A DNA stretch of 63,378 nucleotides, counting the filler, from Pelomyxa schiedti (Eukaryota > Protista > Evosea), in assembly GCA_020536535.1 (NCBI GenBank). It is 16 parts of 16 records of this genome, joined end to end, with 100 filler letters (N's around TTAATTAATTAA, not from the genome) between each part and the next. Parts side by side here need not be neighbours in the genome. Positions count along the whole stretch, not along the records: positions 42,907 to 47,626 come from JAHLWZ010001560.1; positions 47,727 to 56,137 come from JAHLWZ010001321.1; positions 56,238 to 57,702 come from JAHLWZ010002487.1; 13 more parts are not named here. One strand, written 5' to 3'. Below, piece by piece: positions 44,616 through 56,800 of the stretch. Numbering within the stretch: the stretch's first letter is position 1; every line of letters begins with the position of its first letter. A model generated the notes under the pieces. It was not told the origin of the DNA. It saw nothing but the letters and a program-made list of their open reading frames with translations, and made no database searches. The position numbers and the translations under genes were made by a program.

Positions 44616-44830
44616 ACTTCCCCTAAAACGGTTGACAGCCAGCTGGTGTGTTGTCTTCCAGCCAGCAAATCGTTTGACAGCAGCACGTGGCGTGGGGGCT
44701 GACACGAGGGGTGGCAGCCAGCAGGTTGTGTGACAGCCAGCACTTGGCATGGGAGCTGACATCTCAGGTGGAGGCTGACAAATTGTGTGGGAGCCAGCAC
44801 CTGGCTGTGGGAGCCTGCAAGCCTGCCACG
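44616..44830 (+). repeat. Dispersed repeat, copy B
   Basis: Aligns with 38107-38269, mostly transition differences; rich in CAGCC(AGC) and GCTGAC motifs. Confidence 0.8.
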
Positions 44831-45182
44831 TTCTGTCCATGGGTGTGAAAGCTTGCAGTTTTGTGACTGTTTTGGTGTTTTGCGACTGTTGTGTGGTTCT
44901 GAGGCATTTCGCAGGACTGAGGGATTGGGTTACGCCAAAGCACAGTGTGGTGTGTTGTGATTGTTAGACAGTGTAGAGTGGTTTGCCCCCAAGACCTGTG
45001 CCACCGGAAACACGACCGTCGAAGCAAGAAAAACTTTTTTCCGTGCTGTCCAACCAACTTCCTTTTCTTGAAAGACAATAAATAAACCCTTTTCTTGAAG
45101 ATAACAAATGGAAGAATCAAAAACACCCTTTTTAATTGGAGTTTCTTCCCTGCAGAAAACAAACACAAAAAAACACAAACAA

Positions 45183-46754
45183 ATGTCCAAGCTGGTGGGC
45201 GCAGTATATTCAGCTGCGACGTCTGTCGCGTCGACACTTTTGCCTGGGACAAATAAGTCCATCACCGTCGCCATACTGGGTGAAACCGGAAGCGGAAAGT
45301 CATCCCTCGTGGAGCTTCTGCACTTCTGGGCACGCAACGGGGACTCGAGCACACCGGACTTTGTCAGTGCTTCAAGAAACTCGATCCTCGATTCCTCGGC
45401 AGAGCACGGTGGCTCACAGTCGGGGAGCCAGACATTCAAGGTGACGACGTACCGTTTCGTTCTGCCCCACGACAACGTCAAATACACCCTCAACCTCATC
45501 GACACCCCCGGGATGGGTGATGTCTCGGGCTTGAAGCAGGACGAGCAATCTGTGGACGAGATACTTACCATAATTGGGGACAAAAACAAGACACCGCAGC
45601 TCCATGCCATCATCCTGATGCTCAATGGAGCAGTGTGTAGGGTGAGTGCAAGGACCAACTACATCCTGCAAAGGTTGTATGGCCTGTGCCCAGAGTCGAT
45701 GGTCCCCAAGCTTTACCTCCTTTTCTCCAACACACAACTTGTTCCCAACTTTGACTATAAGAGGGAGGTGAAGGTACCCATCAATGACGATCACGTCCTC
45801 TCCATTGACAACTTGCTGTTCTCCCCTGGTGGAAGGCAATACGCCACACTTTCACCTCCGAGGAAGAAGACGATTGAAGCAAACTACAATGCCTGTAAGG
45901 AGATACTGGTGTGGTTCTTTGGTGAGTGGCTGAAAAATGATGGGGTGCATCCAATTGGTTATGGCCAGTTGAGGGATGCACGCAACAAGATGAAGCTCAA
46001 CATCACAGGAACTCTGGCATCCATCTCAGAGATCAATGAGCTGCAAGCGAAGCTGCAAGAAGAAGAAAAGGAGCTTTCTACAACAGTGAAGCCAAACCTG
46101 GAATTACTTCAACAAAAGGCCAAAATGACAAGTACTCGCACCTTGGAGGAAAATGTTCCAACAGATTACCACAACACTTCGTGCACTGCTCCCAATTGCC
46201 GAATGACATGCCACGAGAACTGTAGTCTCACTTTCACTCCAGGTGGTGACAGAAACATATTCCGGGGCTGTGCATGCATGTCAGGCGACACCTGCCGTGA
46301 CTGCCACCACAGCTTTCAATACCACCTGCATGTAAACTACAAAATTGTAAAGAGGGTGGAGACAATAAGCACCATGACCCCTGAGGAACAGCAGCGGCTT
46401 TCTGAAATGCAAACATTTGAACAACAGAAAGAAGCTGTGCTGAGTGCCTTTAATCGACAGCTGTGCACTCTCAAGCGTGAGGCCAAAAAGGCGAGTCTGG
46501 ACTTGACAAATGCCTTGGTGGAGCTTGGGAAGCTGTGCCCCTTCTATGAGTATCGCCTGGAACTTCAGTTTGCGATTGAGATGCTCAAGGAGGCAATGAT
46601 GTGCCCACCCAAGGAAGGCCAAAGTATGGTTCAAAGGAACAAAGGATATGAAATGACCATTGCTGAGTTCAACGAACTTCTTGAAAGGTTCACACAAGCA
46701 GTGTCAACAGCAAGAAAAACTGTAGCCTCGACAACCTCAGATTCCTCTTCTTGA
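45183..46754 (+). CDS. AIG1/septin-like TRAFAC GTPase + coiled coil + Cys/His-rich module, intronless
   Basis: G1 GETGSGKS, G2 SQT, G3 IDTPG, degenerate G4 FSNT; HNTSC..PNC..TCHENC...CACM...C..CHHSFQYHLH. Confidence 0.85.
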   Translation: MSKLVGAVYSAATSVASTLLPGTNKSITVAILGETGSGKSSLVELLHFWARNGDSSTPDFVSASRNSILDSSAEHGGSQSGSQTFKVTTYRFVLPHDNVKYTLNLIDTPGMGDVSGLKQDEQSVDEILTIIGDKNKTPQLHAIILMLNGAVCRVSARTNYILQRLYGLCPESMVPKLYLLFSNTQLVPNFDYKREVKVPINDDHVLSIDNLLFSPGGRQYATLSPPRKKTIEANYNACKEILVWFFGEWLKNDGVHPIGYGQLRDARNKMKLNITGTLASISEINELQAKLQEEEKELSTTVKPNLELLQQKAKMTSTRTLEENVPTDYHNTSCTAPNCRMTCHENCSLTFTPGGDRNIFRGCACMSGDTCRDCHHSFQYHLHVNYKIVKRVETISTMTPEEQQRLSEMQTFEQQKEAVLSAFNRQLCTLKREAKKASLDLTNALVELGKLCPFYEYRLELQFAIEMLKEAMMCPPKEGQSMVQRNKGYEMTIAEFNELLERFTQAVSTARKTVASTTSDSSS

Positions 46755-46911
46755 AACTGTTCCCAAAAAATTTTGAATTTTTTTTTTAGGAACAGTCCAC
46801 GAGAGAACTTTCTAGTTCGTAGCGAGATAAGGCCGAACAAAAGGGTTATGCAGGTGGAGTTGGTAGCAGTGGAGACACATCCTTTTTATGGAACCGCACA
46901 CGAACACTTGC

Positions 46912-46912
<1 letters not shown>

Positions 46913-46989
<77 letters not shown>
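46913..46989. repeat. Poly(C) tract, about 77 nt
   Basis: Directly visible; may be a sequencing artefact. Confidence 0.8.
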
Positions 46990-47726
46990 ACGCTCCTGCA
47001 TCCCACACCCCTGCGCCCCTCCTCCCTCGTTCTCCCTCCTTCTCCCACACCTTTCCTCTCACCCACTACACAATGTAGAGATTGTTGTGGTTTGTGGGTA
47101 GTATCTCGGTGGTGCTGAGGCGTTTCGGGTAACATGTTGTTGTTCTTTCGTTTCCAGTTGCACAGAAGAAGAACAAATAAAATTTAATGCCGTTTGGTTG
47201 CCGGGCCGGTGTGGTGCGTGTCACACGGGTGGGTGGGTGACTGGTGGTGCGACAGACAGTCGCATTTTGGTGCCAGGTCAGAACGTTCTGTTGTTCGGTA
47301 TCGGTTTCTTGTTCTCACGACAACACAGGTCATTGAAGCCTCCATGACGAGGAGAAGGGGCACAGCGGTATGTTTCCATTTCTCTTCTCCGTTTTTCTTT
47401 TTCGACTTCTCACATTTGAAAACCAGGTGGTGTTGCCGATGTCAGCAGAATGTGTGTGCGGGTCGGCTCCATTCCACCAGTATTCCTCTTCTTGAGTACC
47501 CCCCCAATATATAACTCCCCTCTAGGTCCTTTTCTGCATTCACGCTGTATGCACATGGGAGTGTTGGCATTGGGGCCCTCTGTGACTTTCAGCAGCTCAG
47601 CCAGCCACTGGTATGGTTTCTTATTTNNNNNNNNNNNNNNNNNNNNNNNNNNNNNNNNNNNNNNNNNNNNTTAATTAATTAANNNNNNNNNNNNNNNNNN
47701 NNNNNNNNNNNNNNNNNNNNNNNNNN

Positions 47727-48052
47727 ATTGGGTACTTGAGGGTCAAGATACCTCGCTTGCTCTGGGCCTCATCGCCGACGTAGGCGTCCTTGTTGCCCAT
47801 TCCGGCCATGACTTGGGTGTGGCGTGGGCGACCAACGATGGACTGTTGGTGTGGTTAGGTAGGGAACAAACATGTAAATAGAAAATTAAAAAAAAAAGTG
47901 GGTGTCAAGGGGTCGAAGAAAAAAAAGCGATAATGGGGAGACTGGAAACGAACTGGGAAAACGGCGCGGGGAGCATCATCGCCGGCGAAACCAGCCTTGC
48001 ACATGCCTGAGCCATTGTCAATAACGAGTGCCTGAACTTCCTCTCCTTCCAT
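47727..48052 (-). CDS. ACT: Actin, 5' part (two exons, truncated)
   Basis: [33 protein letters not shown], intron 47843-47953, [38 protein letters not shown]. Confidence 0.98.
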
Positions 48053-51000
48053 TTTTTTTATGTTGTAGTTTTGTTGTTTGTCTGTTTGCGGTGTCTGTTC
48101 TATAAAGAAATGAAAAATTCTTCGGGGCTAAAAAGCCTTAGGAAAATTCCTCAGGAACTAAAAAAAAGGAGCAATTGCGGTCCGCCGATCTGAAAATAGA
48201 GTCCGCCCTTCTTCTGAAAGCACAATCTAACTTGGCTCACGGTCTGGTCCCTTCAGGGACCAATGTATACGCTCAGATGTTTTCTTAAATTCTCAGTTGA
48301 TAACATTTGGTGTTTCTATGGTAACCACTTTCCAGCTAAGTTTTCCTCGTGTAAATTGAGTGGTGATCTATTACACAACCTTCAATGACATACTGCCTTG
48401 GAAGCTGTTATACGGTTGTGTTGCAGTAGAGGCAGCAACTTTCCACAGCTTTTGTGGCACTTATAAGCCCACAAGACTAACCGTAGGGCTATCGCTTTTC
48501 AACTTCCAGTGTCAAACTTGTCATGCAATTTTCTTCGCTTCAAAACGCTCTTCTGTGAGTGAATTCTCTTCTTTACATTTCTATTCAACATATAGCACCA
48601 CCCCTACAGCTGACACCAGATAGTGTGGTGGTTACCTTTTTACAAGTGGGATAACAATATACTTGACCTCATGTTATTTTGGCTTGTGCACCTATAGAAA
48701 GAGTTACGTGATGAAAAGTCTGTGCATTCAACTTGCAGTAGAAATGCCACTATATTGTGTAGTGGAAAACAGATCCACAGAAACACCTGGAACATTTCAA
48801 CGCCAAGTCTTTCACACCAGAAGCTGGTGCGAAAGTGTTGGACACTGCGGGGACATCAGCTCTCGCACAGCTGAGCACAACAAACCCCCTCTGGTGGTGC
48901 CGCGGATAATATCGTACATGCGATCGTACGACGAGGCGCGGGGCGCAACATCAAGGCAGGCACCACCGAGGGGCGAGGCACGGGGCCACCCAACAAACGC
49001 CGACGAGGACGAGGGTGATTGTCAACTACGGGGTGAACACAACACCACCGTGATCTCCCATAATACCATGACGGCATGGGCTGGCGATATCACCAACCAT
49101 TCTGGCATTCGGGATCATTACCCAACGCGTGCCAGGCCGCCGGGAGACAACAATGGATGTCTGTCCATCATCACCCTCATTATCCTCTCGACATCATCTC
49201 ACCGGAAAAGAGATGAACAATTGGCTGAATAAAATAATCAACGGACCGGAACGCTGTCACTTTCGTTGTCGTCGCTCAGGATCGGCGGTCTGGTGTTTTT
49301 TTTATTCAGCCAATTCCCCAACGACAAAGGGGCGTGCTGGATTCAGCAGGCTATGACATCAGCAGTCGATTTGCGTCGCCGCTCTTTTGGCGATGACGAC
49401 GTCATCCTCCCATAATCAAGCCTGACCAACCAGCCGCCGAAACGGGGGCCCCCTCTGCCAACAACCACCACGACAACCAAGCGGGAATGCGCAACCAACC
49501 AAGAGTGGCGCATCAATCGTGGACAAACGAAGAGTCACCCGCTCCCTTCGAGGAGTGTGAATGAATACACCCGCAAATTGGTTGAGGTGAATGAAATTGT
49601 GGTGGCGGTTGTGAAGTGTGTGGATGCGCGATTAAAGTGGTGGTGTGAGAGCAGGAGCGGTGAACGGTGATTGTGGGACAAAAGGGGGGGAAGAAAAGCT
49701 GGCCAACAACAAGCTTAATCAGCAACAACCCATGTTGCGCACCCCCATTTTTACAGTGCGGTCCCACAAGGCGCATCCACACACGGTCACATGTATTTGA
49801 TTTGTTGCGTGCAGTCAAGGCAGCCGGGTCTCTCTTGTCAGCACCGAGCCGGGTTCCCACACAAAAAGGTACACTCACTCTTGTCACCGATGGAACTGAC
49901 TTTGATTTTAGGTTCCGGCAGATTGGGAGGCAGGGAGCACCACACTTATTTGTTGTTTGAGTGAATGTGCCGCTCTCTGCTCTCTGCCTCCCCGAGATTG
50001 CGTTCGAGTCTTGAAGTGGTCCCTCAGGTATTTCAATCCTCTTGCGCGGGTATATTCACAACTAACATATATCACTCAGGCATTATTCCGCCCGTGGGGG
50101 AGTTTACTTCTTTCCTGCCTGCCTTGCTGAGAAGCGGTGGTTCGGCCAGCACCACCCTGTCTCTTTTTATTGGGGAATTATTGTGAATTTCACTGTTCTG
50201 TTGAGAGTATGATATTCCTTGCAGAATTGCGGGAATGAGAAAACCTTTTTTCACCCCAAAAAAACCAAAACATAACAAGTACAAGTACAATAACCCACTC
50301 CAGAGCCAACCATTCGACATCATTTACTCACCATATGCGGGATCTGCGGGAACAAGCGGGGCTGCCTTCCACAAACGCGACTACCCTTTTGAACCATGCA
50401 CATCCAGCGACCAAACTCTGGAATGGGAATCCAGAGGGAGACTTCCGGTTGAACATTCATTGCTCAGTGATGGAGACCCTTTTGCTGTGAACACTTCCCT
50501 CGCCTTCGAAACTCGGGATGTATCTCTATATCAGAGAAGGACATCCAACTTGGAAGAATATTGACCGGTGCACCACCCTCCTGACCCATCATTGGCTGCC
50601 GCTTCTTGCTGCTGCATCACAGTAACTTTAAACTCTCTGCCGGTGCCTCCACCCCCAAACCATTCTCCCACACCAACGTGAGAATGGGGAGGTTCCCACA
50701 CCGGGGCAGCAGGAAGGGATGCCGATACCGGGTCACATTGGAGTGGTGGTGAGACACTGAGCCGGGGGAACAGCCCCCAACACATTGGGAGGGAAAAGGG
50801 TACCACAATTCACTGAGCTGATGATGTGCATGTTCAATTGGCCTGTTGGTTGTGGAACTCAAGCCCCGCCTTGAACTCCCCCAATCCCCTTTGGTTGTTT
50901 TTGGTGTTGTGTGGAACGCAATGGAAAAAGTTGTTGGAAAGTAAAGCAAAAAAAAAAGTTTCTCTGGTTTTTTTTTTATGTTTGCGTGTTCTTCAGGGTT

Positions 51001-51111
51001 AAGGTGAAGTGGTTGGTTCCCTACAGGATAAATCGTAGCACAAATAAGTCACAAGAAAAGGCTTTTCTGCCTGCTTGGTTTCTTAGCTTTCCCTTTGCTG
51101 TTTATGAGAAG

Positions 51112-51162
51112 GTTTAGTGGCAGAATACTTGTTTCGGGTACGAGTGATTCCGGGCAGAGCCC
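51112..51162 (+). pseudogene. tRNA-Pro(CGG) pseudogene
   Basis: Matches 42390-42451 but with anticodon CGG; lacks the 5' acceptor strand and 11 nt (GCCCCGGTTCG) of the variable loop/T-arm; keeps the T-run. Confidence 0.85.
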
Positions 51163-51192
51163 AATTTTTGTTCGTTTCGTTTTTGGGGCTTT

Positions 51193-53360
51193 TTAGTTGT
51201 TCCAGGGTTCTGACCAAATCGTGGGTGATAGAGTTCTCGTCCAACAGCGTGTGGGAACAGGGAACTCGAAGGAGGTGTGGGCTGAACAGTAAACCAGAAT
51301 ATCCTCTGTTGTTAGCTCTGGGAAGTACCTCATGGTGTACTGAGCAATGGCCGGTGACTGGCATACAAGGCACATGAAGTTCTCTTTGATGAAAGTCGCT
51401 GTGATGTCTGGGAATTTGGCCAGAAGCATTTGCCACAGGAACAGATCAAACCTGAGGATGAATGTCCAGGGAGACAACTTTTCACACATAATAGAGACCT
51501 GAACATTTTGGCTGTTGGTTAATAAAGTTTTTGGGTTTTTGAAAGTCAAACCTCATCCAATGTGATGTTGAACTTACACATTAACCACTCAGCACAGTTC
51601 TCTTGTCCCCACGTGATCAGGTTGAACAAAATCTGGTTCCCATCAAGTGTAATATGTTCACGCTCCAGTTGGAATTGAGTGATTAACCATTTGACAGTTT
51701 TGGTGGACTCTAGACCAACAGTATTTGCAAGGCTCCGTGCGATAGACTCTTTGGAGATAGAGGACATGGAAGTAATCTTCTTGGCTTGCGAAATACTTTC
51801 ACCTTGAACACTTTCTGCCAAGACACCTCCAAGAATTTCGGAGAGCTTCGGTTCTGGGATTGGGAACTTCTCAATGAGGAGCAGGGGCACAGTCGAGATG
51901 TTTTTCTTTTGGACCAGGTTCTCAACGGTTTCCACAGCCAAACTCTCTTCCACCCCTTTCATTTCGGCATGATTGAGAAGCCATTTGACACCCTCCACAT
52001 TGTCTTCATATCCGTTCAGTGCATTGCACACTTCAACAAGTGCCGCACTTCCTGTTATTATTCCATGACTGCCCGATGTAAGGATTTGGAACGTTGCATT
52101 CATCCAAGACGCAATCAATGTGTTGTTGCGGGCAAGTGCACTGGCGAAGGATTTTCGTAGGTCATCGGGTGAGAGGGTCACTTTTGTTGAAAGCCACTGT
52201 GCAAGTTTCACGTTGTCTTCGAGGTTTTGACAGGAAGCAATAAACATTCCTGGATTTGGAGTCACAGATATACGTGACTCCTCCACAAGCCACTTGATCA
52301 AGTCAAACCCCCTCGAATCCATACAAAGATGTTCCAAATCAGTTTGAGTCGGCGAAAATGATGGATATGTTGAGAGTACCCATTTTAGTATCTCGACATT
52401 ATGGATGTACCGGGCTGAGATCACCTCCTCCCTTCGGATGTGCTCGCTAACATACCTGCAAACTTCCACTTGCGCAGGTTTTTTCCCACTCAGACAATTG
52501 ACGAAAATGCCGTGGGAATTATCCTTCTGGAATGGAAACGTTTCGAAGCACCACTTTACGACGTCTATCTTTCCACTCTGGCACGCAGAAGTATGAATCT
52601 TCATCCAGGGAAATTGGTGGAACGGCTTAATCAGATCAAAGGCATCTACGATCCACTGTGCGATTTCCAAAAAGCCTCCGGAAACAGCCCCACAGAATGG
52701 CTCCACAAACTCCCAGGGCTCGGCGAAGTTGAAGGTCTCCACCAGCCACTTGGCCACGTCGCCGTGGCCCTTCTCACACGCTCTCCTCAGAATGTGAGAT
52801 GCCCTCACATGGTCGACAAGTGTCCCACAAAATCCTCCAGAATCCCACGCCAAACCAGGCCACCGTCCATCGACCAACAGCCTGGCCATTCCGAGGTGGC
52901 CCCCAGCACACAACCTGCTCAGCACATGCCAAAATTCCTTGTTCCTTCTCGTTCTCTTGTTCCGCCCGCTCGCCTCCTCGTGGGTCGTCCCACAATTGCC
53001 ACCGCTGCTGCTGCCGCTGCTGTGGGTTTCGTCGCGGTGCTTCAGCATCCAGTCGACGCAACGCCGGCTGCCGGCCTCGGCAGCGAATTTCAGAACGGGG
53101 TCGGTTTTGCGGTAGTGCCTCAGCAGGGACCGGCACACGCGTCCCACAAGTGGGAACATCGCCTCGGCCACGCGGCACATGACCACCGCATATTTCTCCT
53201 GCATCACGTGCGACTTGGGTGCAATAACCTCTTCTTCGTCGGTCCAAAAGGCGGTGCTCAGGGGTGTCTGCGTCCGGTTTTTTTGTGTCTTCAACAGCCA
53301 CGGCAACACGGAGTCCCATACGACACGCGAGATGACAACGGTCCGATTGATCCCCGTCAT
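51193..53360 (-). CDS. Degenerate ankyrin-repeat protein, two exons
   Basis: Repeats AAEAGSRRCVDWM, CAGGHLGMARLL, ACEKGHGDVAKWL, AVSGGFLEIAQWI, ACQSGKIDVVKW; 53-nt intron 51499-51551; stop TAA at 51193. Confidence 0.8.
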
Positions 53361-53521
53361 GTTCTTCCGATAGTTTCCCACAATCAATCAATCAAAATCG
53401 ATCCTATGGAGATAATCACATCCATCCACATTGAAAAACTCAGCTCTGTATTCTCTTTTTTTTTCTTTCTAACAAGAACACAAGGACTGCAAATTGTTTT
53501 GAGCATTTTCTTTTCTCAGAG

Positions 53522-55919
53522 TTAAGGGTAAAGGGAATGGTGTTCCAAACAGCAACAGTGGTGGTGGGTGCAGCACCCTGGGGGTGGTTCTTCGGTGGGT
53601 TGGAGGCTGTTGGAGAAAAGGCTTTGGCAATACGCGTTCAGGAACCAGGTGTAGTACTGCCAATATTCCCGTTGGTATTCCAACATGGCAGCGGTTGTTG
53701 TCTCTGCGGTTGTTGTTTCTCGGCTCTCTGTTGCAGAACCACTGCATTTCCTCGTCCCGTGCCCTCTTCTGCCCTGGGCCGCGGCGATGCGAGGTGCAGG
53801 TTCCGGGCTCCCAGTTTTGTCCTCGATTTTCTCCACAAGCTTCCGCAGTTCGGCCAGTTCAACTTTGGTGGAAGTTGTTGTTGGTCTGGGTGGGAGTGCC
53901 GATGCAGATGGTGTTGGGTCCGCTGTTGGTCGCGGTGGGGAGGGTTCTTGAGGGATTTCTCCTTTGTTTGCAGACGGTGAAGCCTGAGGTCGTTCCTCCA
54001 CCCTATTGCTGCATTCCAGGGAGTCAAGATAACAGCCATCTTGTGGAAGAGACTAAAGAATGGTAACGAGTGAGTACTTTTCTAATTGTGCCACGAAAAA
54101 GACATCCTTACATCGATACTTGCTATTTTCTCAATAGGAACACTGTAGGTATTTTTCAGGCTATTGACAAATGGCAAGTCGGTATGTGTGCACAGACTTA
54201 TGGAAATTCCGTAACTTCCTGAAAAAACACGTTAACGGTTTCAGCAGAAAACATAAAAGATTCACCAAATCTTCCTGCTCTGCCAACTCTATGCAAGTAC
54301 GTTTCCAAGTCATGTGGCATGTCTAAGCAAACCACTAAGTTCACTCGCCACACATCCACACCACGCGCTAACAAGTCTGTGGCAATAATCACACGGAGCT
54401 TAAAGTTTCTCATTGACTCCATGCACCGATTTCTAGATTCTTGCGCTTGCTGCTTTGAGTTCCCACCAGATTCAGAAATGGCACCCCCAGAACCAATGTA
54501 TCCACAGCACCAGCCCTCTCTATCGAGCCATTCACCAAGTGCCTGTGCCCTGAAAGAAATGTTAATTGCAGTCATACTCAACCGTTTGCCTGAACTTACC
54601 ACGTCTTAGCATTACAGAACACAATGCATTGGTGAAATTGCACATGATTCAGAAGCGATAAAAGATGAGTTACTTTTGCCTCGAATATTTGGTATGTGGT
54701 GAGGTTTGCTGTTTCTAGTTCACAATAGTATTGCCTTATTCCTGTGAACTGTGGGTGTTACGTGTTGTGTGCATGACTTATTCACTGTTACCTTGTAGGG
54801 ATGGAGTCTCCAGAGACAGTAATATTTTGTGGGGATTAGCTGCAAGGGAGTGGATGTGAGAAAGAATCTTTGGGGGATATGTTGCTGAGAAAGCCATCAC
54901 TTGCTTGCGCAGCGGTAGATGCTTGAAAATTTTACTGTTTCATTTTGTGAGATGAGTGCTTTGCCCCTCCCCCATTTCTTCCTTCCTTTAATGTAGGTAC
55001 GTTTGAAAGTGCCCCATGAGAAGAACTTACATAACAACGTCAGAAAATGTATCATCGAGTAATTTGTCAGCTTCGTCAAGAACAAAGGCAGTGGCACTCT
55101 TCACATTGATATACTCATTTTCAAGAAGAAAGAGCATACGCCCTAAATATGTTGAGGAAAACTGGATAGGGTTTTTTTCTTAGTGTGCACGCACCAGGAG
55201 TTGCTACAGCAATGTGGCACCATTTGGCATTGGCGATGTCCAGAGACAATGGTGTACCTCCGATAAACGCAGTACAGTGTAAACCTGACACAAACTGTCC
55301 AATTGATGCTATAACAGACTTTTATTGTTTTTACAGGAAGAAGGAGACAAGTGAGTTCAAGTTCAAGGAAGGAAAAAAACAGGGAGCATACAGCAATCTG
55401 TAAAGCAATCTCTCTTGTAGGAGCCAGTACAAGTGACTGAGTAGGGCACGAGGAAGGGATACTCTTTAGTTTTTCTTCGACCTGTTCCAGAAGTACAACA
55501 GCAAAAACGCACTAAACGTATATGTCACAAGGATTTACAAAAAAAAAACCCACAACAAAACACGTACAGTCTTTCCTGTCCCTGATTTCGCTTGCACAAC
55601 AACATCTGCTTCAAGTAAGAAACGCAAACGGGAGGCATAAATACAAACCAACGCCCATTCTGGCGATGGGAATGGCGCGACGTTGAACGGGAGACGGCAC
55701 TTCGAAACCTGATGCCTTGAGTCCTCGCAAAACATTACCACCAACAACAAGAGACTTGAACGACGTGAACGACGAGTAAGATGATGACGACGCAGATGAC
55801 GAGACAACGGGATCTTCCTTTCCGGCCGGTGTTGTATCATGGACATTGACATTGGCATTGGACTCAGAAGGTTGTGCGACTGTGATGTCTTCCTCAATGA
55901 CATCCGCAGTTCGCCTCAT
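53522..55919 (-). CDS. DDX20: DEAD-box RNA helicase DDX20/Gemin3-like, multi-exon
   Basis: RTADV leader, Q motif GFEVPSPVQ, QAKSGTGKT, VLDEAD, FSATY, TDLLARGVD, YLHRVGRAGRFG, and the Gemin3-type tail EYQREYWQYY. Confidence 0.8.
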
Positions 55920-56479
55920 TTTTTGTTATTTGAAAACAACTTGTCTGATCAAATCTTTCGTTCCAGCTACAGTCGACGTACTTCGGCAACCCAACATCAC
56001 GTGGGCCCACAATTAACCGTTATGTACTCTGTGCGTCTCTCAAACGAAACGAGAGAGTATAGAATTGAGCCGACTCGAAAGAAATAGAAATAGAAAGGAG
56101 CCAGTTTAAGAGAAATTATCGCGGATTTTCGGGGGTTNNNNNNNNNNNNNNNNNNNNNNNNNNNNNNNNNNNNNNNNNNNNTTAATTAATTAANNNNNNN
56201 NNNNNNNNNNNNNNNNNNNNNNNNNNNNNNNNNNNNNTTCCTTGTAGAATTTAGGCAAATGAAGTTAATCACGAGCATTACCATGGCAATGCGGAATACT
56301 GCTTCATGGTCTACACTCAACTCACAAGGAACTGACTTGACAAGTTTGGTGGAACCGGTCACAATAAGGCTGAACCCACTTCCTAAAATGTGCAGCTTCC
56401 GGATCGACCGATCGATATCGTCACTGGATGGAATGTGAGGAGATATTCAGCCGAACATGAGGTACTTATTGATGGCCTG

Positions 56480-56800
56480 TGCTTTCGGGCCTCGCTTCCG
56501 TAGTAGATGGCCTCTTAATTCCCCAAGTTCGATAATTCCGCCATTTGTGGCTCTTGTACACATGCAAACCTTAGGCAGTCATAGGAAACAAACTTGGAGT
56601 AAAAATGTAATAACCTCAACAATTTGCACTGCAAGCTCATAGTAAAAATCACCCACACCAAGCAATTCGGCCCAGAATCCCTTATTTGCTGTAGAGAATT
56701 AGTGTTGCTAAAGTTATTGCAATCATACATGCGAGTGGATCGACACCCACCTTTGTGCACATTTCATTAAATTGCTGGCGGAATTCAGGGCTCTTCCTTA
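56480..56800 (+). mobile_element. Possible heavily decayed pogo/Tc5-type (DDE_1) transposase scrap
   Basis: ISLNCWRNSGL resembles the DDE_1 tail I.NCW.KAG; upstream FDNSA. Frames broken; weak. Confidence 0.2.

Noticed and set aside
46913-46989. Poly-Pro/poly-Gly ORFs and G-quadruplex potential from the C77 tract
   Set aside because: Pure homopolymer, plausibly a sequencing artefact; the ORFs have no other coding signal.
48100-51060. Assorted 60-190 aa ORFs upstream of actin
   Set aside because: No recognisable domain, consistent frame or splice pattern; left unannotated.
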